NCBI GenBank assembly: GCA_001805615.1
Contig: MHGP01000057.1
Coordinates: forward strand, 40,824-79,331
Direction of reading: 5' to 3'
Source: Omnitrophica WOR_2 bacterium RIFCSPHIGHO2_02_FULL_48_11
GTDB taxonomy: Bacteria > Omnitrophota > Gorgyraeia > Zapsychrales > GWA2-47-8
DNA: 38,508 nucleotides
Shown here: positions 11,895 through 19,732 of the stretch, piece after piece
How positions within the stretch are numbered: position 1 is the stretch's first letter
Layout: each line of letters starts with the position of its first letter
Made by a program: the position numbers and the translations under genes
The notes under the pieces: model-generated
The model's database searches: none
The model's input: the letters and a program-made list of their open reading frames with translations, nothing else
Told to the model about the DNA's origin: nothing

Positions 11895-12188
11895 TTACTT
11901 TTTGATAATCGCAAAAATATCATCTTCCCGCATGATCAAAAGTTCTTCCCCTTCTGAGGTCGTAACTTCTGTCCCGCTGTACTTCCCGTAAAGAATGCGA
12001 TCGCCCGCTTTAACTTCCATTTCCTGCACCTTGCCGCTTTCTAAAACTTTTCCCTTGCCGACAGCCACCACTTTACCTTCATGGGGTTTTTCTTTAGCGG
12101 TCTCTGGGAGAAGAATTCCCCCTTTGGTTTTTTCTAAGGCCTCTAAGGGTTTTACGAGGATTCTGTCTCCTAAAGGTTTGATCTCCAT
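11895..12188 (-). CDS. groES: Co-chaperonin GroES
   Basis: [13 protein letters not shown]...[15 protein letters not shown]; GGAGG RBS before ATG 12188. Confidence 0.98.
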   Translation of the reverse strand: MEIKPLGDRILVKPLEALEKTKGGILLPETAKEKPHEGKVVAVGKGKVLESGKVQEMEVKAGDRILYGKYSGTEVTTSEGEELLIMREDDIFAIIKK

Positions 12189-12242
12189 ATACTGCCTCCT
12201 TTTTGAATGGTTCAAAATTTATTAAAAACATTGAACTTATGC

Positions 12243-12269
12243 TTAGCACTTAACTTAATAGAGTGCTAA
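12243..12269 (-). promoter_or_regulatory. CIRCE element (HrcA operator)
   Basis: TTAGCACTC-N9-AAGTGCTAA on -, one mismatch to the consensus TTAGCACTC-N9-GAGTGCTAA, upstream of groES. Confidence 0.93.
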
Positions 12270-12296
12270 TCTACAAAAAACCTGAAATTTTGTCAA
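12268..12296 (-). promoter_or_regulatory. Sigma70-type groESL promoter abutting CIRCE
   Basis: TTGACA (12296-12291), 17 bp, TAGATT (12273-12268). Confidence 0.8.
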
Positions 12297-12325
12297 GAAA
12301 AATTTTTACATGGCTTTGTAAAAAC

Positions 12326-12357
12326 AAAATAGCACTCGCAAAAAAGAGTGCTATTTT
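12326..12357. promoter_or_regulatory. Second CIRCE-like inverted repeat (8-nt spacer), also terminator-like for uvrB-coaX
   Basis: AAAATAGCACTC-GCAAAAAA-GAGTGCTATTTT, followed on - by GTTTTT; about 15 bp after the coaX stop. Confidence 0.7.
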
Positions 12358-12372
12358 AAAAACAAAAAAAAT

Positions 12373-13131
12373 TTAACGCTTGTGAAAAATCAATTCCATT
12401 CCCTTAAACACCAGATCCTCATCAACAATATGGCGGGTGCCTTTAAGGAATTTTTGCATTACCTTTATATATCCACCGGTCACGATGACCTTGGGGTTCC
12501 CCCGGACTTCGCGGGAGATCTGTTCCACCAATCCTGAGCTCATCGCCCCATAACCATAAAATAAACCGCTCAAAATACTACCTTGCGTGTCGCGACCAAT
12601 TAAATTTTTGGGGCCTTTAATGTGAATCTTGGGTAAAAGCGCGGTCTTGGCAAATAAAGATTCTGCAGACAGCCGGATCCCTGGGACAATGATCCCTCCC
12701 AAATATTCTTTTTTTGATGAAATCACATCAAAAGTGATCGCGGTGCCGAAATCGATGATAATGCTGGGCGCGCCGTAAAGCACCATCGCCGCATAAGCCC
12801 CGACCAGCCGGTCCTGCCCTACCTGCTTAGGATTGCGGTAACGGTTTTTGACCGGCACCAAAACATCTTTGCCGATCACCACCGGCTTTATGCCGAATAT
12901 TTTTTCAACAGTGCTTTGCACCAACGCCAGGCGCTGAGGGACAACGCTGCAAATCACGATGCCTTTCAGCTTGGGAGATTGCCGAGCCAAAGCAAGGCAA
13001 GTGGTCCGTATTTTTTTTCGCAAAACATTTTGCGGCAGGACCGTCTCGATGTGAAAAACCCGCAAAACTTTTTTCCTGACGATGAGTCCCAGCGCAATCG
13101 TGGTATTTCCGATATCAATGGCCAAAAGCAT
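12373..13131 (-). CDS. coaX: Type III pantothenate kinase
   Basis: MLLAIDIGNT, QVGQDR, IIDFGTAITFD, GGIIVPG. Confidence 0.96.
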   Translation of the reverse strand: MLLAIDIGNTTIALGLIVRKKVLRVFHIETVLPQNVLRKKIRTTCLALARQSPKLKGIVICSVVPQRLALVQSTVEKIFGIKPVVIGKDVLVPVKNRYRNPKQVGQDRLVGAYAAMVLYGAPSIIIDFGTAITFDVISSKKEYLGGIIVPGIRLSAESLFAKTALLPKIHIKGPKNLIGRDTQGSILSGLFYGYGAMSSGLVEQISREVRGNPKVIVTGGYIKVMQKFLKGTRHIVDEDLVFKGMELIFHKR

Positions 13132-13133
13132 GC

Positions 13134-15176
13134 TTACTTTCCTTTTACTTTATGTGAAATTTTGACCCGGGAGGAAGGTTTGATTTCTTTTTCTCCCGGC
13201 AACAGGCCGCTTTCTTTAAACTCCTTGATCTTATCACGGATCGCGGCCGCACGCTCAAATTGTAAATTTCTGGCCGCCAACTCCATTTGCCGCTCCAAAT
13301 CCGCGATCAAATTAGAAAAAGCATATCTCTCCGCATCCTGCCCCGCGGCCTCGAGCACGATCTCTTCCGCCTTTTCTTCCGCGAGCTGTTCAATGCCTTG
13401 ACTCATCGCCCTTAGAATGGTGGTCGGTGTGATATTATGTTCTTTATTGAATTCTATTTGAATTTTCCGACGGCGGTCGCACTCATCCATCATCGCCTTC
13501 ATGGCCAAGCTCACGCTGTCCGCATACAAGATCACCCGGCCGTTGATATTGCGGGCCGCCCGGCCCGCCGTTTGGATCAAAGCTGTCTGCGAACGCAGGA
13601 AACCTTCCTTGTCCGCATCAAAGATCGCGACCAGCGAGACCTCCGGTAAATCCAACCCTTCGCGCAAAAGATTGACCCCGACCAGGCAGTCAAATTTTTT
13701 CATCCGCAGATCCGTCAAGATCTTGACCCGGTCGATGGTTTCAATGTCCGAATGCAAATACTTCACCTTCAAGCCGCTCTCTTGCAGATACTCCGTCAGA
13801 TCCTCTGACATTTTTTTCGTGAGCGTCGTGATCAAAACGCGCTCATTGATCTTGGCGCGCTTTTGTGTTTCTTTGATGATATCCTGCACCTGGCCGGGCG
13901 TGGGACGGACCTCGATCGGCGGGTCCACGATCCCCGTCGGGCGGATGATCTGTTCGATCATTTTTCCCTGACAGTTTTGGCGTTCAAACGGACCCGGCGT
14001 CGCCGACACATAAATGCACTGCTTCATGATCTCCTTAAATTCCAAAAATTTGAGCGGCCGGTTGTCCAGGCACGACGGCAAACGAAAACCGTATTCCACG
14101 AGGGTCTCTTTGCGCGCCCGGTCGCCTTCATACATCCCGTTGAGCTGCGGCACCGTCACATGCGATTCATCGATCAGCACGATAAAATCTTCCGGAAAAT
14201 AATCCAGCAAGCAATACGGCCGGCTGCCGGACGGTCGGCCGGAAAGCGCCCGGGAATAATTTTCGATCCCGTGGCAATATCCCATTTCTTTAAGCATTTC
14301 CATGTCATAACGGGTGCGCGAATTCAAACGCTGCGCCTCCAGCAATTTTCCCCGCTTTTTCAATTCTTCCAAACGCACGTCGAGTTCGGCCAGGATCATT
14401 TTAATGGCATCGTCAACGCGCGGCTTGGAAATGATAAAATGTTTTGCCGGAAAGATCGCCACCTTGAGCAGTTCAACTTTTCTCTCCGCCGTGACCGGGT
14501 CGATCTGGAAGATCTTTTCGATCGCATCGCCGTAAAATTCAATACGCAACGCATCCTGCCGATAGGCCGGAAAAACTTCGACCACATCGCCCCGCACCCG
14601 CAGCTTGCCCCGGCTGAACTCATAATCATTGCGCTCGTATTGAATGTCCACCAATTCCAGCAGCAGCTTGTCGCGCTCGATCGGCTGGCCTTTTTCCAGG
14701 TACAATAAATTTTCTTTATAATCCTCCGGGGAGCCGAGATTGTAAATGCAGGATACGCTCGCCACGATCACCGCATCCCGCCGCGACATCAATGAGGTCG
14801 TCGATGACAAACGCAGCCGGTCCAGACGGTCATTGATCGAAGCATCCTTTTCAATATACACATCCGTCTGCGGGACGTAAGCCTCAGGCTGATAATAATC
14901 GTAATAGCTGACGAAATATTCTACGGCATTGTCCGGGAAAAATTCCTTAAACTCACTGTACAATTGGGCGGCGAGGGTTTTATTATGCGAAATCACCAGG
15001 GTGGGACGATTGATACGCTCGATCACATTGGCCAGAGTAAAGGTCTTGCCGCTGCCGGTGACCCCCATTAAAACCTGGGCCGGATCGCCGCGGTCGATGC
15101 CTTTGACCAATTGATCAATAGCGCCTGTTTGTTCAGTCACCGGACGGAACTTGCTCTTGAGGACGAATTTATCCAT
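13134..15176 (-). CDS. uvrB: Excinuclease ABC subunit B
   Basis: GVTGSGKT, HNKTLAAQLY, FVSYYDYYQPEAY, DESH, NLLREGLD, GRAARN, C-terminal UVR coil. Confidence 0.99.
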   Translation of the reverse strand: MDKFVLKSKFRPVTEQTGAIDQLVKGIDRGDPAQVLMGVTGSGKTFTLANVIERINRPTLVISHNKTLAAQLYSEFKEFFPDNAVEYFVSYYDYYQPEAYVPQTDVYIEKDASINDRLDRLRLSSTTSLMSRRDAVIVASVSCIYNLGSPEDYKENLLYLEKGQPIERDKLLLELVDIQYERNDYEFSRGKLRVRGDVVEVFPAYRQDALRIEFYGDAIEKIFQIDPVTAERKVELLKVAIFPAKHFIISKPRVDDAIKMILAELDVRLEELKKRGKLLEAQRLNSRTRYDMEMLKEMGYCHGIENYSRALSGRPSGSRPYCLLDYFPEDFIVLIDESHVTVPQLNGMYEGDRARKETLVEYGFRLPSCLDNRPLKFLEFKEIMKQCIYVSATPGPFERQNCQGKMIEQIIRPTGIVDPPIEVRPTPGQVQDIIKETQKRAKINERVLITTLTKKMSEDLTEYLQESGLKVKYLHSDIETIDRVKILTDLRMKKFDCLVGVNLLREGLDLPEVSLVAIFDADKEGFLRSQTALIQTAGRAARNINGRVILYADSVSLAMKAMMDECDRRRKIQIEFNKEHNITPTTILRAMSQGIEQLAEEKAEEIVLEAAGQDAERYAFSNLIADLERQMELAARNLQFERAAAIRDKIKEFKESGLLPGEKEIKPSSRVKISHKVKGK

Positions 15177-15201
15177 ATTCAGTTGGAAATTTTTGGGAAA
15201 C

Positions 15202-15660
15202 TTAGGGAGAAGCCGCTTGTGACTTTAATAGCTCATCAATCCGCTCAAATACTCTATGGGCGGCGCTTTCATTCTTAAACGATTCGATATTCTTGAAAGG
15301 AACAGAGTTGATGGTCAGGTAACGAACTTCTATCTCGGTCCCGTTACTTTGGAAGCGTAAAATAATATTCATCCGCGCATAACGCGACCCTAAAAACATA
15401 GCGGTTTGCCTGACTTCCGTGAATAAAATAATCTGCTGACCTTCTCGCGGCGCACCAACCTCATAAACCGCCGGGTCCCCTTCGCCGGCCAGTTGCCACC
15501 CCAATTCCGATAAGGCTGACTTGGCGGCCTTCAGCGCTGCATCATAATTGGCATAAAATTGCTTTTTATAAGGATGTTTATCCGCTAAGTATTGCGGGAT
15601 CTGGGCTGTCGTGCACCCGCAGAGAAGCGCCATACATGCCACCCAAAGAAGTTTTCGCAT
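15202..15660 (-). CDS. Putative lipoprotein
   Basis: MRKLLWVACMALLCGC signal peptide/lipobox; GGAGG RBS before ATG 15660. Confidence 0.8.
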   Translation of the reverse strand: MRKLLWVACMALLCGCTTAQIPQYLADKHPYKKQFYANYDAALKAAKSALSELGWQLAGEGDPAVYEVGAPREGQQIILFTEVRQTAMFLGSRYARMNIILRFQSNGTEIEVRYLTINSVPFKNIESFKNESAAHRVFERIDELLKSQAASP

Positions 15661-15730
15661 ACCGTCCTCCCGCCTTTCATTATTTTGAATAGCGAGGCTC
15701 GCCAATTTTTTAAAAGTTGGCGGCCTTTGC

Positions 15731-16045
15731 TTAACAGATCTTTCCGTGTTTATACGGACGACCCTTATTTTTCTGGGATTTTTTATCGATCTCCGCTTCG
15801 ATGTCGATCCCCAAACCGCCGCACAGATCCAACAAACGGATAAAGCTGTCGGCGATCTCTTCATTAAAATTTTCCTTGTCCTGCTTGCGGTGCGCTTCCA
15901 TGGCCTCGGCCAATTCCGTCACGATTAGCATCAGGGCCTCACCGATATTGCGCTCTTTGTCCCAAAACCCTTTCTCCACGGCAATGGCATGGCACGTTTG
16001 GGCCAATTTATTCAACGACTGTCCTTTAATCTGTATAGTTTCCAA
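15731..16045 (-). CDS. MazG-like all-alpha NTP pyrophosphatase
   Basis: TELAEAMEA...EEIAD acidic metal-binding motifs, C-terminal RPYKHGK; TTG start with GGAGG RBS. Confidence 0.85.
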   Translation of the reverse strand: METIQIKGQSLNKLAQTCHAIAVEKGFWDKERNIGEALMLIVTELAEAMEAHRKQDKENFNEEIADSFIRLLDLCGGLGIDIEAEIDKKSQKNKGRPYKHGKIC

Positions 16046-16067
16046 AGCGTCCTCCCCTATTTATCAA

Positions 16068-16751
16068 TCAGTTTTCTTTTAAGAATTTTTCCATATCCTC
16101 AGGAAATGAGGCTTCCACCACGATTTTTTTATGCGAGACCGGATGCTGCCATTCGATCTGGGCGGCGTGCAATGCCACCCGCCGAAAACGCAGCTCATAA
16201 TCACGGCCAAAAGCGTATTTGCGCTCCCCCAGCAAAGGATGCCCCAGTTCGCTGAACTGGATCCGGATCTGGTTGGTGCGTCCGGTGAGCGGCATAACCT
16301 CTAAAACACTGAACTTCTTTTTCACTTGCAGAACATTATAGCGGGTCAGGGCGAATTTTGCTGAAGAATTCTTTTGATATTTTTTCTGATCAAGATCACG
16401 AATATAACTTCTCAGTTCACCGCTGCCGCGGTTCAATTTACCGTGGATAAAGGCAATATACCTTTTCTTGACCTGCATTTTTTTGAACTGATGCATAACG
16501 AGCGTCTGATTCTTCTCCCCCTTGGCAAAAATAATGACGCCGGAGGTCTCGCGGTCAAGCCTGTGGCAAGGGAGCAATTTTTCAGAACTTCCAGAGTTTT
16601 TAAATTGAATATTGGCGAGCGTGGCGAGCGTATTTTTTTCTCGGGCAGGAGTGGGAACAACCAAAAGTCCGGCAGGCTTATCAAAGACAACCGTACAATC
16701 ATCCTCGTAAAGGACAGGAATGACTCGGTTGGGACTCTTATCGTGGGACAT
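16068..16751 (-). CDS. RluA-family RNA pseudouridine synthase
   Basis: DKPAGL, HRLDRETSG (catalytic Asp), TGRTNQIR, LHA. Confidence 0.95.
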   Translation of the reverse strand: MSHDKSPNRVIPVLYEDDCTVVFDKPAGLLVVPTPAREKNTLATLANIQFKNSGSSEKLLPCHRLDRETSGVIIFAKGEKNQTLVMHQFKKMQVKKRYIAFIHGKLNRGSGELRSYIRDLDQKKYQKNSSAKFALTRYNVLQVKKKFSVLEVMPLTGRTNQIRIQFSELGHPLLGERKYAFGRDYELRFRRVALHAAQIEWQHPVSHKKIVVEASFPEDMEKFLKEN

Positions 16752-16771
16752 ACACCTTAAGACGGCTCCTT

Positions 16772-16933
16772 TTAGGAAGCTTCGTCCTGGGCCTCAAACT
16801 GCTCTTGGAAAAGCTGAGTTAAATAATTGAGTTTACGGATAATAAGAATTGGAAAGACCACGATCCATATCTGAAAGGCCAAAGCCAACAAGGCCTGGAT
16901 CGGGGTAACGCTGAGATTAATAGAATTTTCCAT
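16772..16933 (-). CDS. Small single-TM membrane protein, 53 aa (below the ORF-track cutoff)
   Basis: MENSINLSVTPIQALLALAFQIWIVVFPILIIRKLNYLTQLFQEQFEAQDEAS; AAGGA RBS; fills the gap between PilZ and the pseudouridine synthase. Confidence 0.75.
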   Translation of the reverse strand: MENSINLSVTPIQALLALAFQIWIVVFPILIIRKLNYLTQLFQEQFEAQDEAS

Positions 16934-16953
16934 GGATGTTTGTCCTTACATGA

Positions 16954-17340
16954 TCAGGCGGGTTGTTGCTTTTTGTCTTTCCTGAGTTCTTCATGAACAT
17001 AATCGCTGATATAGTCTGCGTCTTTTTTTTGGATATCACTGAAATAAATTGCGGAATGATAATACTCTTGTCCCGGGATAGGCTCACTGCGGACCACGAT
17101 CCCCAGGCAGGATATTTTCTTGGTGACGATCTTGCCGTTTCTTTTTAAGGGAAGCAATAAATGAATCTTGAGCTTAGTCATCGGCTCAACAAATTTATTG
17201 ACCCGGCAATACGCCCCGGTCCGGCTGAGATTACGTGTCTCGGTGACAAAATCCGCTTCTTCCGAAGAGATCTTGACCGGGACAGTATTATCAATCCGAG
17301 GATGCTTACGTCGTTCGTCGTATGATTTTGAGAAATCCAT
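16954..17340 (-). CDS. PilZ domain protein
   Basis: RRKHPR (RxxxR) and NLSRTG ([D/N]xSxxG). Confidence 0.9.
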   Translation of the reverse strand: MDFSKSYDERRKHPRIDNTVPVKISSEEADFVTETRNLSRTGAYCRVNKFVEPMTKLKIHLLLPLKRNGKIVTKKISCLGIVVRSEPIPGQEYYHSAIYFSDIQKKDADYISDYVHEELRKDKKQQPA

Positions 17341-17342
17341 GA

Positions 17343-17501
17343 TTATTCTTGAGCCGGCGCGTCTTTGGTTTTATTCTTCCAGCAATTTTTATTGCAATAA
17401 TAATGACCGTTACGATAATATCGTCTGGTCCGCTTCATCGGTTTTTTACAAGAAAAACAATTTTTTAATGTATCTGTTGGTGCTGCCGTTTGTTCAGCCA
17501 T
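17343..17501 (-). CDS. Small Cys4 (TRASH/zinc-finger-like) protein, 52 aa (below the ORF-track cutoff)
   Basis: MAEQTAAPTDTLKNCFSCKKPMKRTRRYYRNGHYYCNKNCWKNKTKDAPAQE; AGGAG/GGGAG RBS; stop 2 bp before the PilZ ATG. Confidence 0.8.
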   Translation of the reverse strand: MAEQTAAPTDTLKNCFSCKKPMKRTRRYYRNGHYYCNKNCWKNKTKDAPAQE

Positions 17502-17518
17502 AGCAAACTCCCTACTCC

Positions 17519-17542
17519 TTTCTTAACTTCTTTCTTAACTTC
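17519..17542. repeat. Perfect 12-bp tandem duplication TTTCTTAACTTC x2
   Basis: Directly visible, immediately upstream of the RBS of the Cys4 microprotein. Confidence 0.85.
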
Positions 17543-17568
17543 ACATCCAATTTTATATGTGTGGGGGA

Positions 17569-17919
17569 TTATTTCGATTGGCGCGTGCCGATGTATTCTT
17601 TGATCACTTCGCGGGATTTCATCATCGAGTCATCGTTATCAAACTTCAAACCGACATGATACCGGTCTGAGTGAGGGACCATTTGAACCCAAACCACACG
17701 CCCATGAAGGCTGAGAACCTTTTCCGGGGATAATTCCATCATGATCGCCAAGGATTCATTGAGCGGGATAAAGTCTTCAGTTTGAAACCGCAGACCCCCC
17801 TCACTTAAATCATAGGCCAGACTGCCGCTCAGCGGAATCAACGCCCCTTTCGAATATCGCAAGGGCTCACGGAATTCCACCCGCTTGAGTCTTCGCTTCT
17901 CTTGTTGAACAACTGCCAT
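17569..17919 (-). CDS. PilZ domain protein
   Basis: KRRLKR (RxxxR), DLSEGG, GRVVWV, VGLKF. Confidence 0.92.
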   Translation of the reverse strand: MAVVQQEKRRLKRVEFREPLRYSKGALIPLSGSLAYDLSEGGLRFQTEDFIPLNESLAIMMELSPEKVLSLHGRVVWVQMVPHSDRYHVGLKFDNDDSMMKSREVIKEYIGTRQSK

Positions 17920-17957
17920 TCTTTAACTCTCCCTTAAAGTCATTTTAAAGCGGATTA

Positions 17958-17966
17958 ATTATAGCA
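17958..17966 (-). promoter_or_regulatory. Extended -10 promoter for the PilZ run
   Basis: TGCTATAAT on -. Confidence 0.6.
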
Positions 17967-18070
17967 TATTCTTTTGCAGGCACAATGACTTTTTATTGAC
18001 CTTTGTACACCAAAAATAAAAAAGAAAAGGCCAATAAAACCGACAGTTTCTTTACCAAAGCTGGGCAAAG

Positions 18071-18079
18071 TGGTATAAT
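18071..18079 (+). promoter_or_regulatory. Extended -10 promoter for the exeA-like gene
   Basis: TGGTATAAT, 9 nt before ATG 18089; TTTACC lies 17 bp upstream. Confidence 0.65.
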
Positions 18080-18088
18080 CCCAAGCGT

Positions 18089-18910
18089 ATGTATAAGAAA
18101 TTCTACAACTTAAAAGAAAATCCTTTCAACGTCACCTCCGACCCAGCGTTTTTCTTTTCCAGCTCCCGCCACTCCGAGGCCTTTTCGCATCTTGTTTACG
18201 GGATCCAACAGCGTAAAGGGATCATTGTCGTCACCGGGGAAATCGGCACCGGTAAGACGACCCTTTGCCGCACCCTGCTCAACAAGCTTGATCCGACGAT
18301 CAAAACAGCTTTTATTATGAACCCCAATTTTTCCGATGTTCAGCTGCTGCAATTGATGGTTAAAGACCTAGAAATCCATGGGAACTTCAAAAATAAACTT
18401 ACTTTGGTCAGTGCCCTAAACGAATTTCTCATTCACGAAACAAGCCAGGGTCACAATGTCGTTATTATTATCGATGAAGCACAAAATCTTGGAATTAAAC
18501 AACTTGAGCAAATACGCCTGCTGTCGAATTTAGAAACGGAAAAAGAAAAATTACTGCAGATCATTTTGGTAGGCCAACCAGAGCTATACGACAAACTCAA
18601 ACTTCCGGCCCTGCGCCAGCTGCAGCAGCGGATAAGCGTGCGTTACCATATCCTGCCTTTGGACAAATCGGAGCTGGGACAATATATTAACCACCGGCTC
18701 AAGGTCGCCTCAGCCAACGGACTTTCCCTGCCGGGCCTGCAATTCACCGCCAAGGCCGTGGAAACTATTTATCACCTTTCTCAAGGGACTCCTCGGCTGG
18801 TCAATATCCTCTGTGATCGGGCCTTATTAGCCGGTTTTGTGGCAGGGACATTTGCGATCGATGAAAATATCATCCACAAATGTTCACGCGAAATAGGAAT
18901 TATTGCCTGA
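18089..18910 (+). CDS. ExeA/GspA (MshM-like) family AAA ATPase
   Basis: MYKKFYNLKENPF, GEIGTGKT, IIDEAQNL, LEQIRLLSNLET, LVGQPEL, GTPRLVNILCDRALL. Confidence 0.93.
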   Translation: MYKKFYNLKENPFNVTSDPAFFFSSSRHSEAFSHLVYGIQQRKGIIVVTGEIGTGKTTLCRTLLNKLDPTIKTAFIMNPNFSDVQLLQLMVKDLEIHGNFKNKLTLVSALNEFLIHETSQGHNVVIIIDEAQNLGIKQLEQIRLLSNLETEKEKLLQIILVGQPELYDKLKLPALRQLQQRISVRYHILPLDKSELGQYINHRLKVASANGLSLPGLQFTAKAVETIYHLSQGTPRLVNILCDRALLAGFVAGTFAIDENIIHKCSREIGIIA

Positions 18911-18979
18911 AATGTATCGGCAGCCGGCAATTTTGAGTATAAAATAAAAACAACTTTCTCATTTAAAAGGAACCCAAAA

Positions 18980-19726
18980 ATGAGTATTATAAATGATGCG
19001 TTAAAAAAAGCTCAGCACCAGTTCAGCAAAAATAATTCTCAAGAGAAAGCGCAGCCTATGCCCGACCCAAACCCACCCGTGAATCCTCAACCAGCGAATC
19101 CTCAACCCATGAATCCTCAACCAACCAGTCAAAACCCGATAGCAAAACCTGCTCCCCCTCAGCCGGCACCGATGCCTGATATGTCGCAGTACATCCCGGT
19201 GCGCGAGAAGACCAAGCCGGCAGAACCGAAAATATTGTCGGAAGAAATTTCTCCTCCCCGGCCGCAAGATTTAAGAAAACAAGACGGTTCTGAATCACGC
19301 AAACCGAGCGTGACAAAAATATTCCTCACGTTTGTCACCTTCATCCTGCTCGGCTGCGGGATTTTCTTGGCCTTTTATCTTTATAAGATCGAATCGATTC
19401 CCGATGCCCGGAGCCGCGCCAATGCAAAAAAAAACATGGTCAAAGATATTCCTAAACAAATCAACAAGGTCGTTGAATCTATTCCCCTTCCCGAACAAGT
19501 CAAGCAAACGATCTCCCCTTCTACCAAACCGGCCAAAAAAGAAACCGTCCAACAAGGCATTGTGCTCAATGGCATTATGTTAATGGGAGAAAAACGGGTC
19601 GCTTTGATCAACAACAAAATTTACGAAGTCGGGGATTCTATCGACGGGAAAGAAATTTTAAGTATCAGTCCGGAAATGGTCAAGATCAAGGACGGCGAGA
19701 ATATCAAAACTTTGAAAGTCCAATAA
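18980..19726 (+). CDS. GspB/ExeB-like membrane protein
   Basis: MSIINDALKKA N-terminus, Pro-rich linker, one TM, C-terminal LNGIM...ALINNKIYEVGDSIDG; follows exeA-like gene. Confidence 0.8.
   Translation: MSIINDALKKAQHQFSKNNSQEKAQPMPDPNPPVNPQPANPQPMNPQPTSQNPIAKPAPPQPAPMPDMSQYIPVREKTKPAEPKILSEEISPPRPQDLRKQDGSESRKPSVTKIFLTFVTFILLGCGIFLAFYLYKIESIPDARSRANAKKNMVKDIPKQINKVVESIPLPEQVKQTISPSTKPAKKETVQQGIVLNGIMLMGEKRVALINNKIYEVGDSIDGKEILSISPEMVKIKDGENIKTLKVQ
19079..19123 (+). repeat. 3 x 15-bp coding tandem repeat (xNPQP)
   Basis: gtgaatcctcaacca gcgaatcctcaaccc atgaatcctcaacca. Confidence 0.85.
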
Positions 19727-19732
19727 AATTCG

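Noticed and set aside
13437-14708. Long antisense ORFs (for example 281 aa over uvrB, 257 aa over pfk, 225 aa over dgt)
   Set aside because: Shadow frames opposite well-conserved genes, with no recognisable motifs.
15661-15864. N-terminal extension of the lipoprotein ORF (220 aa)
   Set aside because: It overlaps the MazG-like gene; the signal peptide and RBS place the start at 15660.
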